From contig CAVWIH010000028.1 in assembly GCA_963755025.1 (NCBI GenBank), forward strand, positions 64,001 to 128,000: a stretch of DNA of 64,000 nucleotides, written 5' to 3'. How positions within the stretch are numbered: position 1 is the stretch's first letter; every line of letters starts with the position of its first letter. The translations under genes were made by a program, and so were the position numbers. The stretch comes from an uncultured Actinomycetes bacterium. GTDB lineage: Bacteria; Actinomycetota; Thermoleophilia; UBA2241. This document shows, in pieces, positions 33,222-42,687 of this stretch. The notes under the pieces are model-generated. The model had not been told where the DNA came from, ran no database searches, and worked only from the letters and a program-made list of their open reading frames with translations.

Positions 33222-34121
33222 TTACGACAGCCGGCGTCCGGGGTTGCCCACCCAGGTCTCGCCCGCAGCCACGTCGGCGCGGATCATGGCGCCCATGCCG
33301 ATCACCGCGTCGTCGCCGACCGTGACCCCGTTGGCGATGGCGGCGCTCTGCCATACCACGACGCGGCTGCCGAGGCGCACGCCGCCGCCGATCTGGGCGT
33401 GGCCGGCGATGAGGCAGTCTTCGCCGATGTCGGCGTTGTGACCCACGTTGACGTGAGGGCCTACCTTGGCGCCGCGCCGCACGATCGTGTCGCCGATGGC
33501 GCCGCGCTGGATCATGGCCTGTGCGGCCACGTGCACGTCGTCTTCGAGGACCACTCCGCCGAGCTGCGGGAACGGCACGAGGCGGTCGCGCTCGTCGCGC
33601 TCGTAGCCCATGCCCGAGCAGCCGATCGTCGCCAGGGGCTCTATGCGCACATCACGGCCGACGGCGGCGTTCCTGACCCAGGCGCGGCCGTCGTCGACCG
33701 CCAGGGCGCTGGCCGGGTCGGCGTACACGGCCGGGCGGTCGGCCGCCAGGTGGGCGAAGAAGCGCCCCAGCACCAGCGCCATGGCCAGGCGTGGCCGCCG
33801 GCAGACGACGACCACGGGGGCGGCAGGGTGCTCGCCCGGCTCGGCGGTGGCCGGTGCGCCGCCCGGCCTGGCCGGTCGCCGGCGCGACGAGCCTTCGGCC
33901 GCCTCGGGCGCGCAGATGAGCAGCGAACCGTGAAAATGAGCCGCCGCGCCGGGGCGTCGTGACCAGGCGAGGTCGCCGGTCGTGGCCTGCGTGTCGGTGG
34001 CGACGGCGCTGATCGGCGCGCCGCCGGACGGCGCGCCGATCAGCGCCTCGACCATGCCGAGCTCGCGCAGGTGCCCGACGATCTCGCCGACACCGACGCC
34101 GACCGCTGGGTCGGGGCTCAT
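33222..34121 (-). CDS. LpxD-like left-handed beta-helix acyltransferase
   Basis: IGCSGMGY, PQLGGVVLEDDV, RGAIGDT, VGHNADIG and hexapeptide repeats. Confidence 0.8.
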   Translation of the reverse strand: MSPDPAVGVGVGEIVGHLRELGMVEALIGAPSGGAPISAVATDTQATTGDLAWSRRPGAAAHFHGSLLICAPEAAEGSSRRRPARPGGAPATAEPGEHPAAPVVVVCRRPRLAMALVLGRFFAHLAADRPAVYADPASALAVDDGRAWVRNAAVGRDVRIEPLATIGCSGMGYERDERDRLVPFPQLGGVVLEDDVHVAAQAMIQRGAIGDTIVRRGAKVGPHVNVGHNADIGEDCLIAGHAQIGGGVRLGSRVVVWQSAAIANGVTVGDDAVIGMGAMIRADVAAGETWVGNPGRRLS

Positions 34122-34195
34122 CGCTGCCGCACCGGCGTCACGTCGGCCCCGGGCTCATCGCTGCCGGTCCAGTCTCGCCGCCTGCGCGCGCGAGC

Positions 34196-34912
34196 CTATT
34201 GCCGGGCCGCCGCGAAGGGCAGGTACTTGCGCAGCAGCTCGGGGTCGAACTGGTGCGCCACGTAGTCGTCGGGGACGTCGATGTAGAAGGGGTTGTCGGG
34301 CGTGAGCACCGACTGCAGCGTGGCGTAGGGCTGGGGATTGTTGTAGTAGACCCCGTGCGGCGTGGCGAGGTCGACCACGACCTGCGAGCCGTAGCCCACG
34401 ATCGAGCCGGGGGAGACGGTCACCCCGGCGCTCGTGTTGGTGCGGCTGCCGATGATCGAGCCGTAGCCGTACCGCGTGACGAGCTGGGCCTTGGGAGCGC
34501 GCGGCCGGCCGTGATAGACGTTCTTGGTGTGCGAGCTCATGATGCCGGCGGCGATGAAGCACCAGTCGTCGACGATGACCGATTTCGAGATGCACGAGCC
34601 GGTGCGCACGCGCACGTGGTTGCCGAGCAGCGCGATGCCGGTCGTGACGCAGTCGTCGGCGATCTCGACGTCGTTCAGCACGCGGGTGCCCGAGGCGAGG
34701 TGCACGCGGTGGCCGAGCTTGACGTCGTCACCGACCACGACGTCGGCGTCGATGATGCACTGCAGGCCGTGCTCGAAGCCGGCGCCGTGCACGAAGTCTT
34801 TGGCGATGTACGAGCCGCTGGGCGCGTGAAAGGTGTAAGCGTCGAAGTCCAAGATGCCTCGCTTTCGCTGGTGCGGTGGCTGCGAACCTGGCAGGACAGC
34901 CTCAAGGGTCAC
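34196..34912 (-). CDS. Hexapeptide-repeat acyl/acetyltransferase
   Basis: IIDADVVVGDDVKLGHRV and other hexapeptide repeats. Confidence 0.7.
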   Translation of the reverse strand: MTLEAVLPGSQPPHQRKRGILDFDAYTFHAPSGSYIAKDFVHGAGFEHGLQCIIDADVVVGDDVKLGHRVHLASGTRVLNDVEIADDCVTTGIALLGNHVRVRTGSCISKSVIVDDWCFIAAGIMSSHTKNVYHGRPRAPKAQLVTRYGYGSIIGSRTNTSAGVTVSPGSIVGYGSQVVVDLATPHGVYYNNPQPYATLQSVLTPDNPFYIDVPDDYVAHQFDPELLRKYLPFAAARQ

Positions 34913-34957
34913 ATACTACCGCACGAAAACCCCGCGCAAGCACTGGGCCTGCGCCCG

Positions 34958-35269
34958 TTAGCGGTCGGGCGCCTCGGCCTCGACGGGATCGAGCGAGCGC
35001 TGCGCTTCGTGCTTGGTGACGTCGATGATGTGGCGGTAGAGCTCGGCGAGGGCGTCGCCCGAGAGAGGACCGTTGTTGGCGCGTGTGACGTAGGTCAGCA
35101 GCCAGTCCTCGCGGGCCGGCTCGTAGGTGTCCATCTCCTGCTGGCGTTTGTACTCCCAGAGCTGGGTGACCAGCTTGACGCGCTTGTTGAGCAGCTCGAC
35201 GAGCTTGAGGTCGTTGTCGGAGATCTTCTCGCGGAACTGCTTGATGACGGGGTCGTTCTCGGCGGCCAT
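34958..35269 (-). CDS. Chorismate mutase type II (AroQ)
   Basis: FREKISDND.KLVELLNKR, YEPARE, NNGPLS. Confidence 0.8.
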   Translation of the reverse strand: MAAENDPVIKQFREKISDNDLKLVELLNKRVKLVTQLWEYKRQQEMDTYEPAREDWLLTYVTRANNGPLSGDALAELYRHIIDVTKHEAQRSLDPVEAEAPDR

Positions 35270-35344
35270 GGCTCTCTTTTCGGACGGTCGCGCGGCGTGC
35301 GCGGGTTTTTAGCGGCTTGCTAGCGGCTTGCGGTCCGGCGCGGG

Positions 35345-35914
35345 CTATTCGTCGTCGTCGAGCTCGTCTTCTTCTTCTTCTTCTTCTTCGTCTTCTTCAG
35401 CTGGGCCCTCGATGTCGCCGGGTTCGGCGCGAAAGTCGTCGGGCGTCACCTGGTCCAGGAAGTCGCGGAACCGCTCGACGATCTCTTCGGTGTCGTCGAC
35501 CTCGTGTTCGAACTCGATGGCGTTCTCTTCGATCAGGTCTTCGGCGGCGAAGATGGGGGCGTCGGTGCGCACCGCGAGGGCGAGCGCGTCGCTGGGTCGC
35601 GAGTCGACCTCGATGTCTTCGCCGTCGCGCGAGAGCGTGAGCAGGGCGTAGAAGGTGTTGTCGCGCAGGGCCGTGACCGTGATGCGCTTGACCTCGGCGT
35701 TGAAGTGCTCGATCAGCGAGGTCATGAGGTCGTGCGTCATGGGCCGCGGCAGCTCGGTGCCCTGCAGCTTGATGAGGATGGCGGCCGCCTCGGGGTGCCC
35801 GATCCAGATCGGCAGGAACTTGTTGCCGTCGACCGTCTTGAGCAAGACGATCGGCTGCTTGCCGATCACGTCGAAGCTCACTCCGTAGATGACCATCTCG
35901 TGCACGTCGTCCAT
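35345..35914 (-). CDS. Bifunctional nuclease (DUF151) family with acidic tail
   Basis: LPIWIG..EA.AI, RPMTHDL, DSRPSDALALAVR. Confidence 0.92.
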   Translation of the reverse strand: MDDVHEMVIYGVSFDVIGKQPIVLLKTVDGNKFLPIWIGHPEAAAILIKLQGTELPRPMTHDLMTSLIEHFNAEVKRITVTALRDNTFYALLTLSRDGEDIEVDSRPSDALALAVRTDAPIFAAEDLIEENAIEFEHEVDDTEEIVERFRDFLDQVTPDDFRAEPGDIEGPAEEDEEEEEEEDELDDDE

Positions 35915-36151
35915 GAACGTAAGTATACGCCGCCTTGCGCGGTTTCTGACGTGGCCGACCGTCTAGGGACGCCGCCTGTTGCGGGAGCCGCCCGCCTGGT
36001 GAGCGGGGTGGGGGCGGGGCCACCGTGACGACCGGCGCGGCACGACGCGCGGCGACCGGTCTCAAAGGTCGCGCGGCGCCGTCGGCGGCGTGGTCCTGCG
36101 AGCTCGGCGCCGCGGCGTGTGACGGCGCCGCAGGCTCCGCTTCCGGCCGTC

Positions 36152-36180
36152 TTGACAGCCCTCGACGGCCCCCCTAGACT
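36152..36180 (+). promoter_or_regulatory. Sigma-A promoter of tRNA-Ile
   Basis: TTGACA-N17-TAGACT, 11 nt before the tRNA. Confidence 0.8.
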
Positions 36181-36191
36181 CGCTTCCCCGT

Positions 36192-36268
36192 GGGCGCATA
36201 GCTCAGTTGGTTAGAGCGCGTCTCTGATAAGGACGAGGCCCGTGGTTCGAATCCACGTGCGCCCACCA
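36192..36268 (+). tRNA. tRNA-Ile (GAT)
   Basis: GGGCGCA/TGCGCCC acceptor stem, TAGCTCAGTTGGTTAGAGC D-arm, CTGATAA anticodon loop, GGTTCGAATCC, encoded CCA. Confidence 0.97.
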
Positions 36269-36342
36269 GTACAGCAGCATCTCCGCACGCCGTTGCGCGC
36301 GGGAGAGCGCGCGCGCCGCCCGGCCGGGCGCCCGTCGGGGCG

Positions 36343-37101
36343 CTACTGGGCGGTCATGGCGCCGTCGGCCACCAGCACGGTGCCGGTCACGAACGACGAC
36401 TCATCCGAAGCCAGAAAGAGGGCGCAGTTGGCGATCTCGCGGGGCTCGCCGGGGCGGCCGATGGGCTGGAACGAGTCGATCGTGTCGTAGACGTGCTGCA
36501 GGCCGCCGAGCATCTCGGCGTGGGCGTAGTTGACCGGCGTGTCGACCCAGCCCGGAGCGATCGCGTTGCAACGGATGCCCTTTTTGGCGTAGTCGAGGGC
36601 GATGCCCTTGGAGAGCATCACGATGGCGCCCTTCGAGGCGGCGTAGACGGTGAGGAACGGCTCGGCCACCATGCCGTTCACCGAGGTCGTGTTGATCAGC
36701 GAGCCGCTGCCCTGCTCGAGCATGTAGGGGATGGCGTAGCGGCAGCCGTACATGGTGCCCTTCACATTCACGTTGAGCGTGCGGTCGATGATGTCGTCGG
36801 GTACCTCGTGAAAGACGCCCGGCAGGTTCACGCCGGCGTTGTTGAAGGCGACGTCGAGCCGGCCCCAGCGCTGCACCGTCTCGTCGGTGTAGGCGCGCAC
36901 CTGGGCCGCGTCGGCGATGTCGGCCTGCACGGCGAAGGCCGCCGCGCCTATGGCCGTCGCCGTCGCCGCCACCGTGTCGCCGTCGATGTCGACGCAGGTC
37001 ACTCGCGCGCCCTCTTCGGCGAAGCGGATGGCGCTGGCCCTGCCGATGCCCGATCCCGCGCCCGTCACGATCGTCACCTTGCCGTCCAGGCGTCCGCTCA
37101 T
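36343..37101 (-). CDS. SDR family oxidoreductase
   Basis: TGAGSGIG, NNAG, YAASK, IAPG.VDT. Confidence 0.92.
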   Translation of the reverse strand: MSGRLDGKVTIVTGAGSGIGRASAIRFAEEGARVTCVDIDGDTVAATATAIGAAAFAVQADIADAAQVRAYTDETVQRWGRLDVAFNNAGVNLPGVFHEVPDDIIDRTLNVNVKGTMYGCRYAIPYMLEQGSGSLINTTSVNGMVAEPFLTVYAASKGAIVMLSKGIALDYAKKGIRCNAIAPGWVDTPVNYAHAEMLGGLQHVYDTIDSFQPIGRPGEPREIANCALFLASDESSFVTGTVLVADGAMTAQ

Positions 37102-37215
37102 GTGGATCCTCTCCCCGTTGTGCGTTCGTAGTGGCTCGTGTGCGCCGCATCCTACCGCAGCCTCGTGGTATACAGACCGGTGCAGCCGCCGTGCGGCGCA
37201 GGCGAAAGGGAGCCC

Positions 37216-37869
37216 ATGGATTTCGACGCGGTCATCTTCGATCTCGACGGCACACTCGCCGACACCCTCGACGACATCGCCGACGCCATGAACCGCGTGC
37301 TTGCCGGGCGAGGGTGCGCCACCCACAGCCCGGCCTCGTACATGCTCATGATCGGCAGCGGGCTGCGCAACCTGGTCGGCGAGGCGCTGCCGCCGGAGCT
37401 GCGTAACGCCGAGACGGTGGCCGCCTGCCTCGACGAGATGATGGCGAGCTACCGCGAGCACTGCCTCGACAAGACGCGCCTCTACGACGGCGTTCCCGAG
37501 CTCCTCGAGGGGCTGCGAGCGCAGGGCGTCGCCATGGCCGTGCTCTCCAACAAGGCCGACGAGCTCACGCGGCGCATCGTGGCGGCGCTCTGCGAGCCCG
37601 ATACCTTTGCGCTGGTCGTGGGCGCCCGCCCCGGCGTGCCCCTCAAGCCCGACCCGGCCGCGGCCCTCCTGGTGGCCGAGGCGCTCGGCGTAGCGCCCGA
37701 CCGTATCGCCTACGTCGGTGACTCGGGGGTCGACATGCGCACCGCGAGCGCGGCCGGCATGATCGCCGTCGGCGTCTCGTGGGGCTTCCGTACCAGCGGC
37801 GAGCTGATAGAAGGCGGCGCCCTGGTGGTGCTCGACCACCCCGGCGAGCTGCTCGCCCCGCACCGTTGA
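37216..37869 (+). CDS. HAD-superfamily hydrolase (phosphoglycolate phosphatase-like)
   Basis: FDLDGTLADT, LSNK, KPDP, YVGDSGVD, VSWGF. Confidence 0.9.
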   Translation: MDFDAVIFDLDGTLADTLDDIADAMNRVLAGRGCATHSPASYMLMIGSGLRNLVGEALPPELRNAETVAACLDEMMASYREHCLDKTRLYDGVPELLEGLRAQGVAMAVLSNKADELTRRIVAALCEPDTFALVVGARPGVPLKPDPAAALLVAEALGVAPDRIAYVGDSGVDMRTASAAGMIAVGVSWGFRTSGELIEGGALVVLDHPGELLAPHR

Positions 37870-37903
37870 GGTGGGGGCGCGGGCGCGGCTCGTGCGCGGC
37901 GCC

Positions 37904-38057
37904 CCGCAGGCCGCAGCGCCGCGCAGGGCCGCAGAGCCGTGCAGGCCGCGGCGCCGCGCAGGCCGCAGCGCCGCGCAGGCCGCAGCGCCGCGCAGGCCGC
38001 AGCGCCGCGCAGGCCGCAGCGCCGCGCAGGCCGCAGCGCCGCGCAGGTCGCGGCGCC
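37904..38057. repeat. Tandem 17-bp repeat, about 8 copies
   Basis: (GCCGCAGCGCCGCGCAG)n with degenerate end copies and no spacers. Confidence 0.85.
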
Positions 38058-38156
38058 CCCAGCGTCACTCAGGAGCGATCGAGCAGGTTTTCGCATGCCG
38101 TGGCCGGTGGTAGGCTACGCTGCGAACGGCACACGTGGTAACAAGCTCGAACGACA

Positions 38157-38300
38157 GTCGCGCGAGAGCTCGCGGCGTGCAAGCGCCGGGCGAGCGCCGA
38201 AGGGGCAAGGCGAGCAGGTCCGCCGAATCTCTCAGGCCAACGGAGCGCGACCCGACGAGCCCCTGGAGCGCGCCGGCGCGCGTACGCGCGGCGCACCCGG
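38157..38300 (+). ncRNA. Glycine riboswitch (one full aptamer plus a degenerate downstream element)
   Basis: P1 GTCGCGC/GCGCGAC, GCGAGAG, CGCCGAAGGGGCAA, GAATCTCTCAGGC; lies upstream of gcvH. Confidence 0.85.
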
Positions 38301-38438
38301 CGACAGGGTCCCTATGGGCGACCTGTCGCGTGACTCAAAGGCAAGCAGCAATTGAGTGGCGGGTGACGAACGCTTCAGCGGCGCCGCGGCGCGGCCCTTC
38401 GTCTTCTCGGTCACTCCCACAGAGCGCAGGAGGAGACC

Positions 38439-38837
38439 ATGGCTGACGAGAGCTACCCGCAGGACCTCAAGTACTTCAGAGAGCACGACTGGGTGCGGGT
38501 CGAAGGCGACGAGGCGACGTTCGGCATCACCTGGTGGGCGCAGGACGCGCTCGGCGACATGGTCTACGCGAGCCTGCCCGACGTCGGCGCCACGGTCGTG
38601 TCGGGCCAGCCCTACGGCGAGCTCGAGTCGGTCAAGTCGGTGGCCGAGATCTACGCCCCGGTGGGCGGCGAGGTCGTGGCCGCCAACGACGCCCTCAGCG
38701 CCGACCCCGCGCTCGTGAACGCCGATCCCTACGGCGACGGCTGGCTGATCCGCGTGCGCCTGGCCGACCCTGCCGAGCTCGACGCCCTCATGGACGCCGA
38801 CGCCTACAAAGAGCTCCTCGCCACGGCTGGCTCGTGA
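38439..38837 (+). CDS. gcvH: Glycine cleavage H protein
   Basis: EHDWV, GIT..AQDALGD, lipoyl-Lys ESVKSVAE, NADPYGDGW. Confidence 0.95.
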   Translation: MADESYPQDLKYFREHDWVRVEGDEATFGITWWAQDALGDMVYASLPDVGATVVSGQPYGELESVKSVAEIYAPVGGEVVAANDALSADPALVNADPYGDGWLIRVRLADPAELDALMDADAYKELLATAGS

Positions 38838-38940
38838 GCTCGACCCTTCCTCGCTCGACCGGTCCGGCGCCGCGCCGCTGCGCCGCGCCGCCGTGCCGCC
38901 TCGCGTCGCGCCCCGCGCGGCGCGCTCTCGGGGGCGCGCC

Positions 38941-40293
38941 GTGAGGTTCGTGCCGCACTCAGACCAGGACGTGCGCGAGATGCTCGCCACTGTAGGCGTC
39001 GCCGACCTCGCCGATCTGTTCGAGACCATCCCCCCCGAGGTGCGCTTCGAGGGCCGGCTCGACTTGCCAGAGGCGGCCGCCGAGGCCGACGTGCTGCGCG
39101 AGCTCGGCAGCCTGGCCGGGCGCAACCGCGCCGTGTCCGAGCTCACGTCGTTCCTCGGCGGCGGCATCTACGACACCTACGTGCCGGCTGTCGTCGACGC
39201 CGTCACGAGCCGCTCCGAGTTCCTCACCTCGTACACGCCCTACCAGGCCGAACGCAGCCAGGGCGTGCTGCAGGCCATCTTCGAATACCAGACGGCCATC
39301 TGCGAGCTCACCGGACTCGACGTGAGCAACGCCTCCATGTACGACGGCGCCACGGCGCTCGCCGAGGCGGCCATCCTCGCCGTCGCGCACAGCAAGCGGC
39401 CGGGCGGCGCCGTCGTCGTCTCGGCCGGCGTGCACCCCGAGTACCTGCAGGTGCTGGCGACCGAGGCCCACGGCCTCGGGCCGGCGCCGGTCGTGGTCGC
39501 CGACGACGGCGGCGGACGCACCGATCTGGCGGCGCTGCGCGCCGCCGTCGACGAGCAGACCGCCGCCGTGGTGATCGCGCAGCCCAGCTTCCTGGGCGGC
39601 ATCGAAGACCTGGCGGCGGCCGCCGCCATCGCCCACGAGGCAGGCGCCCTGCTGATCGTCGTGGCCGACCCGCTGGCCATGGGCCTGCTCGCGTCGCCGG
39701 GCTCGCAAGGCGCCGACATCGTCGTGGGCGAGGGCCAGTCGCTGGGCAACTACCAGAACTTCGGCGGGCCGGGCTTCGGCTTCTTTGCGGCCCGTAAGGA
39801 GTTCGTGCGGCGCATGCCGGGGCGCATAGTGGGCGAGACGGTCGACGCCGAGGGCAAGCGCGGTTTCGTGCTCACCCTGCAGACGCGCGAGCAGCACATC
39901 CGCCGCGAGAGCGCGACCTCGAACATCTGCTCCAACCACGCCCTGAACGCGCTCGCCGGCCTCGTCTACCTGTCGTGGCTCGGCAAAGAGGGCCTGCCGG
40001 CGCTCGGGCTGCAGCTGGCGCGCACGGCCGCCTACCTGCGCGGCCGCCTGCTGAGCGTGCCCGGCGTCACGCCCTACACGCGCGGACCGGTGTTCCGCGA
40101 GTTCGCCGTCACGCTGCCGGTGGCGGCCGGCGAGCTGGTGGGCGCGCTCGTCGAGCGCGGCTACCTCGCCGGACTCGACCTCGGCCGCTTCCGGCCCGAC
40201 CTCGACCACGTGCTGCTGCTCGCCGTGAGCGAGCGCCATACGCGCACCGAGATCGACGCCTTCATCGCCGAACTGAGGGGTCACCTTGGCTGA
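38941..40293 (+). CDS. gcvPA: Glycine dehydrogenase subunit 1
   Basis: YTPYQAE.SQG, NASMYDGATALAEA, FGGP, TREQHIRRE.ATSNICSN. Confidence 0.95.
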   Translation: MRFVPHSDQDVREMLATVGVADLADLFETIPPEVRFEGRLDLPEAAAEADVLRELGSLAGRNRAVSELTSFLGGGIYDTYVPAVVDAVTSRSEFLTSYTPYQAERSQGVLQAIFEYQTAICELTGLDVSNASMYDGATALAEAAILAVAHSKRPGGAVVVSAGVHPEYLQVLATEAHGLGPAPVVVADDGGGRTDLAALRAAVDEQTAAVVIAQPSFLGGIEDLAAAAAIAHEAGALLIVVADPLAMGLLASPGSQGADIVVGEGQSLGNYQNFGGPGFGFFAARKEFVRRMPGRIVGETVDAEGKRGFVLTLQTREQHIRRESATSNICSNHALNALAGLVYLSWLGKEGLPALGLQLARTAAYLRGRLLSVPGVTPYTRGPVFREFAVTLPVAAGELVGALVERGYLAGLDLGRFRPDLDHVLLLAVSERHTRTEIDAFIAELRGHLG

Positions 40294-41845
40294 GGCTCCG
40301 CACTCCACGCCGCCTGCGGCCGCGCCCGGCCCGGCGCCGGCGCGGTCACCCGGCGCGCCGGGCTTTCGCACGATCTACGAGAAGTCGCGCGCCGGGCGGC
40401 GCGCCTACAGCCTGCCGCACAGCGGGGTGCCTGAGACGCCGGCCGGCGAGCTCTTTGCCGGCGTCGCGCTGCGCGAGCGCCCGGCGCGCCTGCCCGAGGT
40501 CGCCGAGATCGACCTGCTGCGCCACTTCGTCGAGCTCTCCTCGCGCGACTACGGCGTCGAGAAGGGGCCCTACCCCCTGGGCTCGTGCACCATGAAGTAC
40601 AACCCCAAGATCAACGAGCGCGTCGCCGCCCTGCCGGGGCTGCGCGATCTGCACCCCTACGAGCCCGAAGACCTGATCCAGGGCGCGCTCGAGCTCATGG
40701 ACACGCTCAGCCTGTGGCTCGCCGAGATCGCCGGCCTGTCGCGCGCCACGCTGCAGCCCGCGGCCGGCGCCCACGGCGAGCTCACCGGCCTGCTGTTGGT
40801 CCGCGCCTACCACGAAGACAGGGGAGCCGACCCGCACGTCGTGCTCATCCCCGACACCGCCCACGGCACCAACCCGGCCTCGGTCGTGATGGCCGGCTAC
40901 CGGCCCGTCACCCTGCCGAGCGACGCTCGCGGCGGCATCGACCTCGAGGCCGTGCGCGGCTTCGTCGCCGAGCACGAAGGCGACATCGCCTGCCTCATGC
41001 TGACCAACCCCAACACGCTCGGCCTGTTCGAGGTCGACGTTGTCGAGGTGGCGCGCATCGTGCACGAGGCCGGCGGGCTGCTCTACTACGACGGCGCCAA
41101 CTCCAACGCCGTGCTGGGCCATTCGCGGCCCGGCGACATGGGCTTCGACATCGTCCACCTGAACACCCACAAGACGTTCTCCACGCCGCACGGCGGCGGC
41201 GGGCCGGGCGCCGGCCCCGTGGTCGTGCGCGACATCCTCGAGCCCTACCTGCCGACGCCGGTGTTAAAGAAGACCGGTGTGCACCAGTACACGCTCGACT
41301 ACGACCGGCCCAAGTCGATCGGCAAGGTGCGCTCGTTCTACGGCAACTTCGGCGTGCTGGTGCGCGCCTACGCCTACATCCGCGCGCTCGGCGCCGACGG
41401 CCTGCGCGAGGTGAGCGACGCCGCCGTGCTGAACGCGACCTACGTCATGGCCGGCATCCGCGACCTGTTCGACGTGCCCTACGACCGGCCCGTCATGCAC
41501 GAGTTCGTGGTGTCGGCCGAGCCTCTGCGCGAGCACGGCGTGCGGGCGCTCGACGTGGCCAAACGCCTGCTCGACTACGGCGTGCACCCGCCCACCACCT
41601 ACTTTCCGCTGATCGTCAAAGAAGCGCTCATGATCGAGCCCACCGAGACCGAGTCCAAAGACGACCTCGACGCGTTCGTGGCCGCCGTGCGCGCCGTGGT
41701 GGGCGAAGCGGTGAGCGCCCCCGGGCTGCTGCTCACGGCGCCCCACACCATGCCGGTCGGGCGGCTCGACGAAGTCGCAGCCGCCCGCAACCCGGTCCTG
41801 CGCCAGCGCTTCGCCGACGACGAGCCTGCGGGACGCCCGGCGTGA
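40286..41845 (+). CDS. gcvPB: Glycine dehydrogenase subunit 2
   Basis: PLGSCTMKYNP, QPAAGAHGE, AHGTNPAS, HLNTHKTFSTPHGGGGPG, MIEPTETE. Confidence 0.95.
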   Translation: MAEAPHSTPPAAAPGPAPARSPGAPGFRTIYEKSRAGRRAYSLPHSGVPETPAGELFAGVALRERPARLPEVAEIDLLRHFVELSSRDYGVEKGPYPLGSCTMKYNPKINERVAALPGLRDLHPYEPEDLIQGALELMDTLSLWLAEIAGLSRATLQPAAGAHGELTGLLLVRAYHEDRGADPHVVLIPDTAHGTNPASVVMAGYRPVTLPSDARGGIDLEAVRGFVAEHEGDIACLMLTNPNTLGLFEVDVVEVARIVHEAGGLLYYDGANSNAVLGHSRPGDMGFDIVHLNTHKTFSTPHGGGGPGAGPVVVRDILEPYLPTPVLKKTGVHQYTLDYDRPKSIGKVRSFYGNFGVLVRAYAYIRALGADGLREVSDAAVLNATYVMAGIRDLFDVPYDRPVMHEFVVSAEPLREHGVRALDVAKRLLDYGVHPPTTYFPLIVKEALMIEPTETESKDDLDAFVAAVRAVVGEAVSAPGLLLTAPHTMPVGRLDEVAAARNPVLRQRFADDEPAGRPA

Positions 41846-42687
41846 CCGCGGCGCCGCCAGCGGCGGCCGCGCTCGTCGAGCTGCCCCTGCTGCGCGCCTC
41901 GGGCGCCGAGCAGATGGCCGCCGACGAGCGCCTGCTCGACGACGCCGACGGGCTCGGCGACGCACTCGCCGTGCGGCGCTACACGTGGGCGCCGCCGGCC
42001 GTGTCGCTGGGCAAGTTCCAGAAGCTCGCGCCGGGCGCCGACGCGGTGCTCGCGGCGGCCGGGATCGACGTCGTGCGGCGGCCCAGCGGCGGCCGGCTGG
42101 TGCTGCACGGCGAGGGCTTCGAGTGGTCGTTCGCCGTCGCCTTTGCGGCCGGCCTGCTGCCCTGGGGCACGCACGCCGCCTACCGGGTGGTGCGCGACGC
42201 CATGGCGGCGGCGCTCGCCACGGCCGGCGTGACGCCCGACGAGGTGCGCGACGAGCCCTACACCCGCTCCGCCCTGTGCTTTGCCTCGGCCCTGCGCCAC
42301 GACCTGCTGGTGGGCGGCGCCAAGGCGGTGGCCGTGGCCCAGGTGCGCCGCGCCGACCGCCAGCTCGTGCACGGCAGCGTGCTCGAACGGCGGCCGCCCG
42401 AGGCGCTCGTGGCCGCCGTCGAGGCGGCTACCGGCGAGCCCTGGCGCGGCGACGGACTCGCGCGCCCGCGCGGCGCCGCGCCTCGGACGGCGGCCGGCGC
42501 CGGGCGCTGCCTACGGCGCCGCTCACCGGGTGGCGCCGGCACTCAGCCTGCTCCCAAGACACGCGGCGGCGCGCTTCCTCACGGAGCTCGCGGCCGCTTG
42601 CGAACGGCAGCGGCCCGCGAGCCGGATCGTGAGGCCGTCATGAAGCACCGTCACACTCATCTACCGACCGGGGAGACACCGTCATGA
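41842..42687 (+). CDS. Lipoate-protein ligase/octanoyltransferase (LipM/LplA-like)
   Basis: QMAADE.LL, RRYTW.PPAVSLG.FQ, VVRRPSGGRLVLH, K..AVAQ.R, HGS; C-terminus uncertain. Confidence 0.8.
   Translation: MTAAPPAAAALVELPLLRASGAEQMAADERLLDDADGLGDALAVRRYTWAPPAVSLGKFQKLAPGADAVLAAAGIDVVRRPSGGRLVLHGEGFEWSFAVAFAAGLLPWGTHAAYRVVRDAMAAALATAGVTPDEVRDEPYTRSALCFASALRHDLLVGGAKAVAVAQVRRADRQLVHGSVLERRPPEALVAAVEAATGEPWRGDGLARPRGAAPRTAAGAGRCLRRRSPGGAGTQPAPKTRGGALPHGARGRLRTAAAREPDREAVMKHRHTHLPTGETPS

Noticed and set aside
36192-37869. Integrated element at tRNA-Ile
   Set aside because: No integrase and no duplicated tRNA 3' end seen in the window.
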